Source of the DNA: Candidatus Omnitrophota bacterium
Lineage (GTDB): Bacteria; Omnitrophota; Gorgyraeia; Gygaellales; Profunditerraquicolaceae
Assembly (NCBI GenBank): GCA_026387355.1
Contig: JAPLLW010000006.1
Span: 23,362-87,361, forward strand
Reading direction: 5' to 3'
DNA: 64,000 nucleotides
Shown here: positions 20,292-30,212 of the stretch, in pieces
Layout: each line of letters begins with the position of its first letter
Numbering within the stretch: the first letter of the stretch is position 1
Translations under genes and position numbers: made by a program
Notes under the pieces: model-generated
Seen by the model: only the letters and a program-made list of their open reading frames with translations
Databases searched by the model: none
What the model was told of the DNA's origin: nothing

Positions 20292-20969
20292 ATGCACCTA
20301 CTTATTAATTTCTTTTTTCTTATTATAGTTTTAATTATAATCAAGAATTTGTTTATTGCTGTATTTTTCTATCAGGAGATAAGGGCAGCTCAAAAAAGAG
20401 ATCCTGCGGCAAAGGGCTTTGCTGAGGTTTTATTGCTTTACCAGGGGTTGCATGCCCTAGTTGCGTACCGGGTCTCTAATTTCTTTTACAAAATAAAATT
20501 ATTCTTTTTAGCCCGTTTTATCTCGCAGCTTGCGCGATGGGTTACGGGAATAGAAATTCACCCCGGTGCTAAGATCGGTAAACGTCTATTCATTGATCAT
20601 GGAATGGGGGTAGTTATCGGAGAGACTGCTGTTATCGGGGATGATGTGCTTTTGTACCAGGAGGTTACTCTTGGCGGAACAGGGATAGAAACAGGAAAGC
20701 GTCATCCTACAATCGGCAATAATGTGGTAATCGGAGCAGGGGCAAAAGTTTTAGGGAATATTTTTATCGGAGATAATTCTTATATAGGTTCAAATGCTGT
20801 AGTGATTAAAGATGTGCCTCCTAATTCAACGGTTGTAGGCGTGCCGGGTAGAATAACCAAGCAGGATGGGAAGAAGATCGATTTAAGCCTTGATCATAAG
20901 CAAGTCTTAGATCCTATAATGCAGACGATTGAAGAGCTGCAGAAGAGAGTTGAAAGGTTAGAAAAATAG
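20292..20969 (+). CDS. cysE: Serine O-acetyltransferase (hexapeptide repeat)
   Basis: [18 protein letters not shown] and hexapeptide-repeat motifs. The N-terminus appears over-extended in the ORF track; the true start is probably a TTG near 20345. Confidence 0.8.
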   Translation: MHLLINFFFLIIVLIIIKNLFIAVFFYQEIRAAQKRDPAAKGFAEVLLLYQGLHALVAYRVSNFFYKIKLFFLARFISQLARWVTGIEIHPGAKIGKRLFIDHGMGVVIGETAVIGDDVLLYQEVTLGGTGIETGKRHPTIGNNVVIGAGAKVLGNIFIGDNSYIGSNAVVIKDVPPNSTVVGVPGRITKQDGKKIDLSLDHKQVLDPIMQTIEELQKRVERLEK

Positions 20970-20990
20970 TTTTATAGAGCCAATCATTCG

Positions 20991-22385
20991 ATGCCTATTT
21001 ATATATATAACTCCCTAACCCGAAAAAAAGAAGAATTTATTCCCTTAAAGCCGCCTGAGGTAAATATGTATACTTGCGGCGTTACAGTCTATGACGAAAG
21101 CCACATAGGGCATGCGCGTTCGCTTTATATTTTTGATGTAATAAGAAGGTACTTTGAGTATCGTAAATTCAAAGTTAACTTTGCGCGCAATCTTACCGAT
21201 ATCGATGATAAGATTATTAACCGGGCTAATGAATTAAAGGTTGATTGGCAGGAGCTTGTTGATAAATATATTAAAAGCTATTACGAAGATTTGAAATCCT
21301 TAGGGATATCAAAGGGCGATTTTGAGCCGCGGGCAACTGAGAATATAGCTGAGATGATTAAATATATTTCAGGCCTAATAGAAAAAGGCTATGCTTATGA
21401 GTCAGGGGGAGACGTATATTTTTCGGTTAGAAAGTTCGCAGGTTACGGTTCACTCTCTGGACAGAGTGTTGACGAAATGCAGAAAGGCGTAAGGATAGAC
21501 CCTAATGATCTTAAAAAAGATGCATTAGATTTTGCTCTTTGGAAGAGTTCGAAAGAATTTGAGCCGTTTTGGGAGAGCCCTTGGGGGAGAGGCCGCCCCG
21601 GTTGGCATATCGAATGCTCCGTAATGAGCCAGAAATTTCTTAAAACTAATACGCTAGATATTCATGCCGGAGGCCGCGATTTGATTTTTCCGCATCATGA
21701 AAATGAGATTGCGCAGGCAGAGGCTTTTACCGGTAAACCCTTTGCGAAATATTGGTTGCATCATGGCCTGTTGACTATCAATGGCCAGAAAATGTCAAAG
21801 TCTTTAGGTAATTTTGTAACCATAAAAGACTTTATGTTTAAATATAATAATCCGGATTTGCTAAAGCTATTCTTTTTATCTGCGCACTATGCCCATCCAG
21901 TTGATTATACTGATTCAAAGATAGAAGAGGCTCATCAGGCTCTGGAGAGGATAGTTATCTTTATTGATAAAACTAAAAATCTTAAGCCAAGCGCAGCTTT
22001 TAAGAATAATCCGAAAGAATTAGCAATTTTTAAGGAGAAGTTTATATTAAGCATGGATGATGATTTTAATTCGCCCGGGGCATTAGCGGCGATCTTTGAG
22101 TGCCTGAGTTTTGCGAATAAGAATATAGATAATCCGGATATTGCTTTAAGTGCAAGTATGCTTATTAAAGAGTTGCTTAATCTTTTAGGAATAACCCTTA
22201 AGCTTAATAAAGCGAATGAGATTCTTAGCGAGGAAGATATTAAATTGCAAGTAGATCGTAGGATTGCGGCTAAGCGCGCAAAGGATTATGCGCTTGCGGA
22301 TAAGATTAGAGTGGAGCTTGAAGTTAAAGAGGTAATTATAGAAGATCTTAAAGATGGCTCAACTGTTTGGCGCAGAAGACTATGA
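20991..22385 (+). CDS. cysS: Cysteine--tRNA ligase
   Basis: HIGH motif (ESHIGHARS) and KMSKS; 464 aa. Confidence 0.95.
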   Translation: MPIYIYNSLTRKKEEFIPLKPPEVNMYTCGVTVYDESHIGHARSLYIFDVIRRYFEYRKFKVNFARNLTDIDDKIINRANELKVDWQELVDKYIKSYYEDLKSLGISKGDFEPRATENIAEMIKYISGLIEKGYAYESGGDVYFSVRKFAGYGSLSGQSVDEMQKGVRIDPNDLKKDALDFALWKSSKEFEPFWESPWGRGRPGWHIECSVMSQKFLKTNTLDIHAGGRDLIFPHHENEIAQAEAFTGKPFAKYWLHHGLLTINGQKMSKSLGNFVTIKDFMFKYNNPDLLKLFFLSAHYAHPVDYTDSKIEEAHQALERIVIFIDKTKNLKPSAAFKNNPKELAIFKEKFILSMDDDFNSPGALAAIFECLSFANKNIDNPDIALSASMLIKELLNLLGITLKLNKANEILSEEDIKLQVDRRIAAKRAKDYALADKIRVELEVKEVIIEDLKDGSTVWRRRL

Positions 22386-22466
22386 GTTTATTTTCTTTAA
22401 ATTATTTTCTTGATTTGTATGGTTTGGTCTACTTCAAGAAAACTTCTTTATAGGGAGGTTTAATCG

Positions 22467-23093
22467 GTGAAAATAAAGGCAAAAGGAAAATTTATCACGT
22501 TTGAAGGCTCGGAGGGTTGCGGCAAAAGCACGCAATCAAGGCTCCTCTATGAATATTTAAAGGACAAGAACAAGGATGCAATCTATTTGCGTGAGCCGGG
22601 GGCAACTAAAATAAGCGAAAAGATTCGCGATATATTGCTTGATGCAAAGAATCAGGCAATTGTGCCTCAGACGGAGATGCTTTTATATATGGCAGCCAGG
22701 GCTCAGATAGTCGGAGAGATAATTGAGCCTGCGCTTGAGGAAGGTACAATTGTTATATGCGATCGTTTCCTTGATTCAACTCTAGCCTATCAAGGTTATG
22801 GCGTAGGCATTGATATTCCATTGATAAGAGAGGTGGGTAAGTTTGTCACCCGTCGCTTAAGCCCAGATCTAACTATTTTCTTGGATCTTCCCGTAAAGAA
22901 GGGGTTAAAGCATCGTGAGGATATTCAGGATCGTATTGAAATGCGCTCCCTTGAATACCACGAGCGCGTGCGTAAAGGGTACCTGGCATTGGCTAGGCAG
23001 GAGCCGAATAGGATTAAGATTGTTAAGGTAGAAGAAGATAAGCATGTTACCCAAAGTAATATAAGGGAATTGATAGAAAAATATGTCTTTTAA
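22467..23093 (+). CDS. tmk: Thymidylate kinase
   Basis: GTG start with an AGGGAGG RBS; P-loop GSEGCGKST; 208 aa. Confidence 0.9.
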   Translation: MKIKAKGKFITFEGSEGCGKSTQSRLLYEYLKDKNKDAIYLREPGATKISEKIRDILLDAKNQAIVPQTEMLLYMAARAQIVGEIIEPALEEGTIVICDRFLDSTLAYQGYGVGIDIPLIREVGKFVTRRLSPDLTIFLDLPVKKGLKHREDIQDRIEMRSLEYHERVRKGYLALARQEPNRIKIVKVEEDKHVTQSNIRELIEKYVF

Positions 23094-24042
23094 TGAAATT
23101 AAAGGTCAGGAACAAGCTATCCAGATCCTCAAGGCTTATTTAAACAATGAGCATCTTGCGGGAGGGTATGTCTTTACAGGGCCCGAAGGTGTGGGTAAGA
23201 GAATGGCTGCAAAGGCCCTGGCTAAAGGATTGAATTGTCAGGATAAAAACTTAAATGGTTGTTCTGTTTGTTCATCTTGCGTAAGAATAGAGAATAATCA
23301 GCATCCCGATGTGCATACAATTTCAAGCGATGAAGCGCAGATAAAAATAGATGCTGTGCGTCAGCTACAGAAAGAAATGAGCTTGAGGGCTTATGAGGGG
23401 GGATATAAGGTTTTTATCATCGACAATGCGCATACCCTTACTCCCGAAGCTTCAAATTGCCTGCTCAAGGTTTTGGAAGAACCTCCCAAGAATAATTTAA
23501 TTATTCTTATTACTGATAAACCAAGCCTGCTTTTTAAAACAATAACTTCACGTTGCAAGATTATTAAGTTTTTGCCATTTAAGAGGGAAAACCTGGAGAG
23601 TATTTTAGAGAATGACTATAAAATAGATAAGGATTACGCGCATTTTCTTGCCTATTTCTCTGAAGGACGGTTTGGCAGCGCTTTAAGATTTAAAGACGAT
23701 GAAGCATTGTCTAAAAGAAATAATATTATCGATAAATTTATCCTGGCCGCTAATCCTAGTGCCGAGCTCTTTGCATCGCAAAGTAGGGAGGATGTGCGTG
23801 GAGCGCTTAATTTCATGAGCTCCTGGTTTCGGGATATTTATATGCTTAAGATAGGCTGTTCAGAGAGAGATATTATTAATTCCGACAGAAGGGCGGATTT
23901 GAGTAAGCAGGCGCTTACTTTTTCATTTTTAGAGCTGGATAAGATATTAAATAATATTTCTGTTTCAATCTCGTATTTAGAGAAGAATGTAAACTCAAGA
24001 TTATTGATGTATAACCTGGGGATGGAATTATGGAAGGGATAG
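23083..24042 (+). CDS. holB: DNA polymerase III delta-prime subunit
   Basis: AAA+ clamp-loader fold with a degenerate Walker A (GPEGVGK) and a zinc-module CxxC; 319 aa; tmk-holB adjacency. Confidence 0.8.
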   Translation: MSFNEIKGQEQAIQILKAYLNNEHLAGGYVFTGPEGVGKRMAAKALAKGLNCQDKNLNGCSVCSSCVRIENNQHPDVHTISSDEAQIKIDAVRQLQKEMSLRAYEGGYKVFIIDNAHTLTPEASNCLLKVLEEPPKNNLIILITDKPSLLFKTITSRCKIIKFLPFKRENLESILENDYKIDKDYAHFLAYFSEGRFGSALRFKDDEALSKRNNIIDKFILAANPSAELFASQSREDVRGALNFMSSWFRDIYMLKIGCSERDIINSDRRADLSKQALTFSFLELDKILNNISVSISYLEKNVNSRLLMYNLGMELWKG

Positions 24043-24818
24043 TCTTTGTAAAGCTACGTGATTCAGGCCAAGTCTTTGCTTATAACTCAGGCGGCCTTGA
24101 GTTAAAAGATGGAAACTATGTTATTGTAGAGCATGATCGTGGCCAGGATTATGGTCAGGTAGTAACTTCTAGTGGGGTTGCAAAGGAAAAAGAAGGCAAA
24201 GAGGCCCCCAAGAGGATATTACGTATCGCTAAAGAATCCGACATTAAGCAGATTGATGATAATCGCTTAAAAGCAAAAGAGGCATTTAATTCTTGCGTTA
24301 AGAAGATAGAAGAGCATAAACTTGATATGAAGCTTGTGCAGGCAGAATATTCTTTTGACCGCTCAAAGATAATCTTTTATTTTACCGCAAACGGTAGAGT
24401 GGATTTCAGGAACCTGGTTAAAGACCTGGCTAAGATCTTCAAGGCCAGGATTGAATTGAGGCAAATTGGAGTTCGTGATGAAGCCAGATTTTTCGGCGGA
24501 TTCGGACCATGCGGCAGAGAACTTTGTTGCGCCCGTTTCTTAAAAGATTTTGAGCCGGTAACTATTAAAATGGCTAAAGAAGAGGGCCTATCTTTGAACC
24601 CTCCTAAGATCTCCGGAATCTGCGGAAGGCTGATGTGCTGTCTTTCTTTTGAATACGAAAGCTATAAATTGCTTTCTAAGGGCCTGCCTCATGAGGGCGA
24701 GCATGTGCATACTGCGCAAGGCAAGGGTAAGGTTATTAATGTGAATGTCTTTAAGCGCATAGTCAGTGTGCAACTGGACGACGGCGGGTTAATGCAGGTA
24801 AATTACAAAGATAAATAA
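24030..24818 (+). CDS. ricT: PSP1 C-terminal domain protein (RicT/YaaT-like)
   Basis: PSP1-domain motifs and a Cys cluster (CGRELCCARF, CGRLMCC); sits after holB, as in Firmicutes. Confidence 0.8.
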   Translation: MEGIVFVKLRDSGQVFAYNSGGLELKDGNYVIVEHDRGQDYGQVVTSSGVAKEKEGKEAPKRILRIAKESDIKQIDDNRLKAKEAFNSCVKKIEEHKLDMKLVQAEYSFDRSKIIFYFTANGRVDFRNLVKDLAKIFKARIELRQIGVRDEARFFGGFGPCGRELCCARFLKDFEPVTIKMAKEEGLSLNPPKISGICGRLMCCLSFEYESYKLLSKGLPHEGEHVHTAQGKGKVINVNVFKRIVSVQLDDGGLMQVNYKDK

Positions 24819-24819
24819 G

Positions 24820-26325
24820 ATGGCAGATAAATTTTATATTACGACTCCGCTTTATTATGTGAATGCTTCTCCGCATATCGGACATTCCTATACCAATATT
24901 GCAGCGGATACCGTAGCCCGTTTTATGCGCAATCTTTTAGGTCATGACAAGGTTTGGTTTCTCACTGGAACTGATGAACATGGTCAGAAGATTCAAAAGG
25001 CAGCTGATCTTCTTAAGTTATCCCCGAAAGAGTTTGCGGATAAGATGGTCTTAAAATTCGAGGATTTATGGAAAGAGCTAAATATCTCGCAAGACGATTT
25101 TATCCGTACAACCGAGCCTAGGCATATAAAGACGGTTCAGAAAGTACTGGATATTCTTTATAAGCAAGGCGATATATACGAGGATAAATATGAAGGATTA
25201 TATTGCACTCCTTGTGAGACTTTTTGGCTTGAGTCGCAGGTAGAGAATCAATTATGCCCTGATTGCAAGCGCCAGCTTGATAAGATAAGCGAGAAGAATT
25301 ATTTCTTTAAGTTAACAAAATATCAGTCGTGGCTTATTCAATATATAAAAGATCATGCGGATTTTATCAAGCCCAGAACGCGACAGGAAGAGGTGGAAAG
25401 GTTCCTGGAGCTAAATAAATTAAATGATTTATGCATATCCCGCCCAAAGGAGCGCTTGAGCTGGGGGATACCTTTGCCGTTTGCTCCGGGGCATGTTACT
25501 TATGTCTGGTTTGACGCCCTGATAAACTATATTAGCGCGGTTGGGATATTTAATGACCAGGATAAATATCAATCCAAATGGTGGCCGGCAGATTTACAGC
25601 TTATCGGTAAGGATATTCTAAGGCAGCATGCGGTTTACTGGCCGATTATGCTCCATGCGCTTGGATTAGAGTTGCCTAAAACAGTCTTTGCCCACGGATG
25701 GTGGATGATTAACGATGATAAGATGTCTAAATCGCGCGGTAATGTCATTAACCCGCTTGATATGGTTAAGAAGTACGGCATAGATGTGTACAGGTATTTT
25801 CTTTTACGCGATGTTCCCTTTGGCCTGGACGGAAATTTCTCCGAAGAATCGATAACTAAACGTTATAACAGCGATTTGGCTAATGATTTAGGTAATTTGC
25901 TATACCGTACGTTGAATATGGTAGAAAAATATTTTGCAGGCAAAGTCCCGCAAGTAATAGAGTTTCGTAATCCTCAAGCTAGAATAATAATTGAGAAGTC
26001 CGAGCGGTTATTAAACAAAATTGAAACAAATATTGGTTTAGGGCAAGATTATAATTTCAGCGCTTCCTTAGAAGGAATCTGGGAGGTAATAAATCTGGCA
26101 AATAAGTATGTTGAGGAGACAAAGCCCTGGAATCTGGCTAAAGAAGAAAAGACAGATGAGCTCAAAGAGTTTATAGCATTATTGGTTAATGTAATCAGAA
26201 ATGTTGGACAGGTAATTTCTCCTTTTATGCCGCAAACCGCTTTAAGTATAGAGGAACAGATCGGTAAAAGTGAAGTTAAGAAAGATTTGCCGCTTTTCCC
26301 GCGCATTGAAATAAACAAAGAATAA
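24820..26325 (+). CDS. metG: Methionine--tRNA ligase (short form, no C-terminal tRNA-binding domain)
   Basis: HIGH motif (SPHIGHSYT), KMSKS, and a zinc knuckle (CTPCE...CPDC); 501 aa. Confidence 0.95.
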   Translation: MADKFYITTPLYYVNASPHIGHSYTNIAADTVARFMRNLLGHDKVWFLTGTDEHGQKIQKAADLLKLSPKEFADKMVLKFEDLWKELNISQDDFIRTTEPRHIKTVQKVLDILYKQGDIYEDKYEGLYCTPCETFWLESQVENQLCPDCKRQLDKISEKNYFFKLTKYQSWLIQYIKDHADFIKPRTRQEEVERFLELNKLNDLCISRPKERLSWGIPLPFAPGHVTYVWFDALINYISAVGIFNDQDKYQSKWWPADLQLIGKDILRQHAVYWPIMLHALGLELPKTVFAHGWWMINDDKMSKSRGNVINPLDMVKKYGIDVYRYFLLRDVPFGLDGNFSEESITKRYNSDLANDLGNLLYRTLNMVEKYFAGKVPQVIEFRNPQARIIIEKSERLLNKIETNIGLGQDYNFSASLEGIWEVINLANKYVEETKPWNLAKEEKTDELKEFIALLVNVIRNVGQVISPFMPQTALSIEEQIGKSEVKKDLPLFPRIEINKE

Positions 26326-26334
26326 AACCAAGGT

Positions 26335-27099
26335 ATGTTTTTAGTAGATACACACTGCCATCTTGATTTTCCAGAATTTGACCATGATAGGGATGAGGTT
26401 ATCAGGCGCGCTCATCTTGAGGGGGTAGAGCGTATAATCAATATCGGCTCAAGCCTCGAGGGCTCTAGGAGGTCGGTGGAGCTTGCGCAAAAATACGATT
26501 CTCTTTATGCAACAGTCGGAATCCATCCTCACGAAGCAGACCATATTGTTCAAGGCTCAGCCGATTCCATAAAGAAGCTAGCTAGGCAGAATAAGGTTGT
26601 GGCTATTGGAGAGATAGGCCTGGATTATTTTAAACAATTTTCTAGCCCTAAGAATCAACTGCCGTTATTCTTAAGCTTACTTAAGGTGGCTAAAGAATTA
26701 GATCTGCCCATAGTTATACACTCAAGGGATGCTAAGGAAGACATTTTAAGGATCTTAAAAGAAGCTATGCCGATTAAAGCAGTTGTGCATTGTTTTTCCG
26801 GAGATAGTAAGTTCTTAGAGGAGTGTCTTGATTTAGGTTTTCTGATTTCTTTTACCTGCAATGTTACGTATAAAAAAGCGGATAATTTAAGGGAGTTGCT
26901 TAAGATTATTCCTTTAAGAAGTTTATTGCTTGAGACAGACGCCCCCTATTTATCTCCGGAAGGTTTTCGCGGTAAACGTAATGAACCGGCGCAGGTTCGG
27001 TTACTTGCTGAATTTGTGGCAAATTTAAAGAAAGTAGAATTAGAAGAGATCGCTAATTCTACAACGGAAAATGCCAAGAAGTTTTTTAATCTAATATGA
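26335..27099 (+). CDS. tatD: TatD-family metal-dependent deoxyribonuclease/hydrolase
   Basis: VDTHCHLD, EIGLDY and HCFSG motifs. Confidence 0.9.
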   Translation: MFLVDTHCHLDFPEFDHDRDEVIRRAHLEGVERIINIGSSLEGSRRSVELAQKYDSLYATVGIHPHEADHIVQGSADSIKKLARQNKVVAIGEIGLDYFKQFSSPKNQLPLFLSLLKVAKELDLPIVIHSRDAKEDILRILKEAMPIKAVVHCFSGDSKFLEECLDLGFLISFTCNVTYKKADNLRELLKIIPLRSLLLETDAPYLSPEGFRGKRNEPAQVRLLAEFVANLKKVELEEIANSTTENAKKFFNLI

Positions 27100-28217
27100 A
27101 TTCCCGGGTAAGTATTGTTAAATGCGCTAATTATGATTCTGCCCTGGTTGAAGCAGCGATTAGAGAGGTCATAGATTTAATCGGTGGAATAAATCGCTAC
27201 ATTAAGCCGCAGTCGAAAGTTTTAATAAAGCCGAATATCCTCATGGGTAAGGAGCCGGAGTCTGGTATTGATACGCATCCTGAAGTGGTGCGTGCGGTAA
27301 TCAGGGTCTTAAAAGATATTAATTGCCGTATTTTTGTAGGAGATAGCCCAAGTGTCTGGGGAAAAGAGATAGAGAATGTGGATGAGGTTTACCGCAGGAG
27401 CGGGATTGCTTCAATTTGTCAGGAAGAATGTGTGAAGTTGGTTAAGTTTGATAAAAGGCGGATGCGTAAGAATTTTCCGTTGACTACTTGGTTAGATGAA
27501 TGTGATTATTTAATAAATCTACCGAAGTTTAAAACCCATGAGTTAACTTTGCTTACCGGAGGGATAAAGAATTTATTCGGCTTAGTCTGCGGTACTTTTA
27601 AGACTGAGCTGCACAAGAATTATTTTCAAGTCAATGATTTCTCAAGGATGCTTGTGGATATATACGAAGAAGTAAAGCCTGCCCTGACTATAATAGATGG
27701 AGTTATCGCGATGGAAGGGGACGGCCCGGCATCAAGCGGTAAGTTAAGAAATTTGGGGTTGTTATTGGCGAGCAGTGATTGTGTTGCCTTGGATAGCGCA
27801 ATGGCCAAGATCATCGGCGTTAACCCGCTTGATGTATTAACTACTAAACATGCATCAGAGAGGAATCTTGGTCGAGCTGATTTAAATTCTATAGAGATCT
27901 TGGGAGAGAGCTTGCCTGATTTAAAAATCCGTCCATTTTTATTGCCATCAAGTTCGCAGCTGAGTAAGAACTTACCTGAGCCGCTTATTAATTTAGCTAA
28001 GAGGTTGATCAAGTACCGTCCTTATCCGCTGCCAAAGAATTGCACTAGATGCGCTGCTTGTATTAAAATATGTCCTCACAATTGTATCAGCATGGAGAAG
28101 CAGGGGATCGTTTTTGATTATAAGAAATGCATAGCTTGTTTCTGTTGCCAGGAGGCATGTTCTTCTGCGGCAATAAAGGTGAAAAAAAGTATCATAGCTA
28201 GATTAATTGGATTATAG
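27096..28217 (+). CDS. DUF362-domain protein with a C-terminal 2x[4Fe-4S] ferredoxin domain
   Basis: C-terminal CxxCxxCxxxCP motifs (CTRCAACIKICP, CIACFCCQEAC); the N-terminal roughly 280 aa resemble the DUF362 family. Confidence 0.65.
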   Translation: MNSRVSIVKCANYDSALVEAAIREVIDLIGGINRYIKPQSKVLIKPNILMGKEPESGIDTHPEVVRAVIRVLKDINCRIFVGDSPSVWGKEIENVDEVYRRSGIASICQEECVKLVKFDKRRMRKNFPLTTWLDECDYLINLPKFKTHELTLLTGGIKNLFGLVCGTFKTELHKNYFQVNDFSRMLVDIYEEVKPALTIIDGVIAMEGDGPASSGKLRNLGLLLASSDCVALDSAMAKIIGVNPLDVLTTKHASERNLGRADLNSIEILGESLPDLKIRPFLLPSSSQLSKNLPEPLINLAKRLIKYRPYPLPKNCTRCAACIKICPHNCISMEKQGIVFDYKKCIACFCCQEACSSAAIKVKKSIIARLIGL

Positions 28218-28228
28218 GGCTAAAACAA

Positions 28229-29299
28229 ATGAATATCCGCACAATAGAGTGGGAAAATAATAAGGTCAAATTGATTGACCAGACAAAGCTGCCGCAAAGA
28301 TTGGAGTATCTCTATATTGATGAGCTTAAAGATCTATGGCAGGCAATAAAATTATTAAAAGTGCGTGGTGCTCCGGCATTAGGCGCAGCAGGGGCCCTGG
28401 GAGTTTATCTTGGCATAAGAAATTCCAAGGCAAATAATTTTATGCAATTCTCTAAGGATTTAGAACGAGTTTCAAGTTATCTAGCTAGTTCAAGGCCCAC
28501 GGCAAGAAATCTTTTTTGGGCGATAGATAGGATGCATGAGGTTGTTTTTGAAAATAGTGATATGAGCGTCCCTAAACTAAAGGAGTTACTCTTTGAAGAG
28601 GCGGATAAGATTATTAAAGAAGATATGGCTAGTTGTCGTAAGATAGGTTTCTATGGCAGCAGGGTAATTAAAGACAAAGATGCAGTACTTACTATTTGCA
28701 ACGCAGGAATACTGGCGACTATTGATTATGGTACGGCGCTGGGTGTTATTTATCGCGCGAAAGAGGATAACAAGGAGATAAGGGTTTTTTCATGTGAAAC
28801 CAGGCCTTTGTTACAGGGTTCGCGTCTGACTGCTTGGGAACTTAAGAAGGTGGGTGTTGATGTTACGGTTATTTGCGACAATATGGCTGCAACCCTGATG
28901 CAAAAAGGCAAGATTAATGTAGTTATTACCGGGGCTGATAGGATTGCAGCAAATGGCGATTCCGCTAATAAAATAGGCACTTTTAGTCTTGCGGTCCTAG
29001 CGAAGTATCATAATATTCCTTTTTATGTAGCCGCACCCGTATCAACATTTGATCTTACACTTAAAAGTGGAAAAGAAATCCCAATCGAAGAGCGCAATCC
29101 ACGCGAGATAGAAGAGCTTTTGTTTAAGAAAAGAGTCGCTCCAATAGGTGCAAAGGTTTTTAACCCTGCTTTTGATGTAACTCCTCATAATTTGATTACC
29201 GGACTTATTACTGATAAAGGAATTATAAGGCCGCAGTATATAAAGAATATTGATAGGGTAGTTAGCTTGTCTGCCGGTAGGCAGGTAGGTAGTAGATAG
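28229..29299 (+). CDS. mtnA: S-methyl-5-thioribose-1-phosphate isomerase (eIF-2B alpha/beta/delta-like family)
   Basis: Strong resemblance to MtnA: CETRPLLQGSRLTAWEL, ICNAG (active-site Cys), GADRIAANGDSANKIGT. Confidence 0.8.
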   Translation: MNIRTIEWENNKVKLIDQTKLPQRLEYLYIDELKDLWQAIKLLKVRGAPALGAAGALGVYLGIRNSKANNFMQFSKDLERVSSYLASSRPTARNLFWAIDRMHEVVFENSDMSVPKLKELLFEEADKIIKEDMASCRKIGFYGSRVIKDKDAVLTICNAGILATIDYGTALGVIYRAKEDNKEIRVFSCETRPLLQGSRLTAWELKKVGVDVTVICDNMAATLMQKGKINVVITGADRIAANGDSANKIGTFSLAVLAKYHNIPFYVAAPVSTFDLTLKSGKEIPIEERNPREIEELLFKKRVAPIGAKVFNPAFDVTPHNLITGLITDKGIIRPQYIKNIDRVVSLSAGRQVGSR

Positions 29300-29314
29300 T
29301 AGTTAGGAGCGAAG

Positions 29315-30211
29315 ATGACAGTGAAAGATATAGGGGAATTTAAGCTTATTGAGAGATTTAGCAATAAGCTCAAGACCGATTCTACGGTGGTCAAGGGTAG
29401 CGGAGATGATTGTGCTGTTTTAAAATTGGATGCACGAAGTTATCAGCTTCTTACCTGTGACATGCTCGTCGAGGGTATAGATTTTACACCGAAAATTGAT
29501 CCTTATCTTGTGGGCAGGAAATCAATTGCTGTTTCTATCAGCGATATTGCGGCTTGTTCGGGGCAGCCGCGTTACTGCGTTGTTTCAATGGGTATCCCCA
29601 AAAAAACATCCGTAAAATTACTGGATAGACTTTTTAAGGGAATGTTAGATATCGCTAAAGAATTTAAAATTAATATAGTTGGCGGAGATATAAGCCAAAG
29701 CCCTAAGATTACCATCGACGTAAGCATGTTGGGGAGAGTAGAAAAGAAGAATCTTACTTTAAGAAGTAGTGCTAGATCAGGAGACCTAATCTTTGTTACC
29801 GGTTCTCTCGGTGGATCTATTTCCGGTAAACATCTTAAATTTATCCCGCGCATAAATGAGGCAAGATTCCTGGCTAAAGAATTCAAGGTTAATGCCATGA
29901 TTGATATCTCTGATGGTTTAAGCCAGGATTTAGCGCATATACTAAAACAGAGTAAAGTTGGGGCGATAATCTATGAAGACCTTATCCCCATGGATGAGAA
30001 GTCAACTAGTTTATCCGATGCTTTAAATAGCGGAGAGGATTTTGAGCTTCTATTTACTATGAGTCGTAAAATTGCTAAGAGACTCTTGAAGAGAAATCTT
30101 GTCAATTTTAAGCCTATCGGAGAAATAGTAGGAGAGAAATACGGTTTCACACTGATAAATAAAGACGGTAAACCCATAAAGATCTCACCCAAAGGCTATC
30201 GTCACTTTTAA
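29315..30211 (+). CDS. thiL: Thiamine-monophosphate kinase (AIR-synthase-related fold)
   Basis: N-terminal GDDCAV motif and PurM-like fold; 298 aa. Confidence 0.75.
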   Translation: MTVKDIGEFKLIERFSNKLKTDSTVVKGSGDDCAVLKLDARSYQLLTCDMLVEGIDFTPKIDPYLVGRKSIAVSISDIAACSGQPRYCVVSMGIPKKTSVKLLDRLFKGMLDIAKEFKINIVGGDISQSPKITIDVSMLGRVEKKNLTLRSSARSGDLIFVTGSLGGSISGKHLKFIPRINEARFLAKEFKVNAMIDISDGLSQDLAHILKQSKVGAIIYEDLIPMDEKSTSLSDALNSGEDFELLFTMSRKIAKRLLKRNLVNFKPIGEIVGEKYGFTLINKDGKPIKISPKGYRHF

Positions 30212-30212
30212 A

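Noticed and set aside
28229-29299. Calling this eIF-2B-like protein a ribose-1,5-bisphosphate isomerase (RuBisCO-pathway e2b2)
   Set aside because: Motifs around the catalytic Cys and Asp (ICNAG, CETRPLLQGSRLTAWEL, GADRIAANGD) look closer to MtnA; without a phylogeny I keep the conservative MtnA call and flag the uncertainty in findings.
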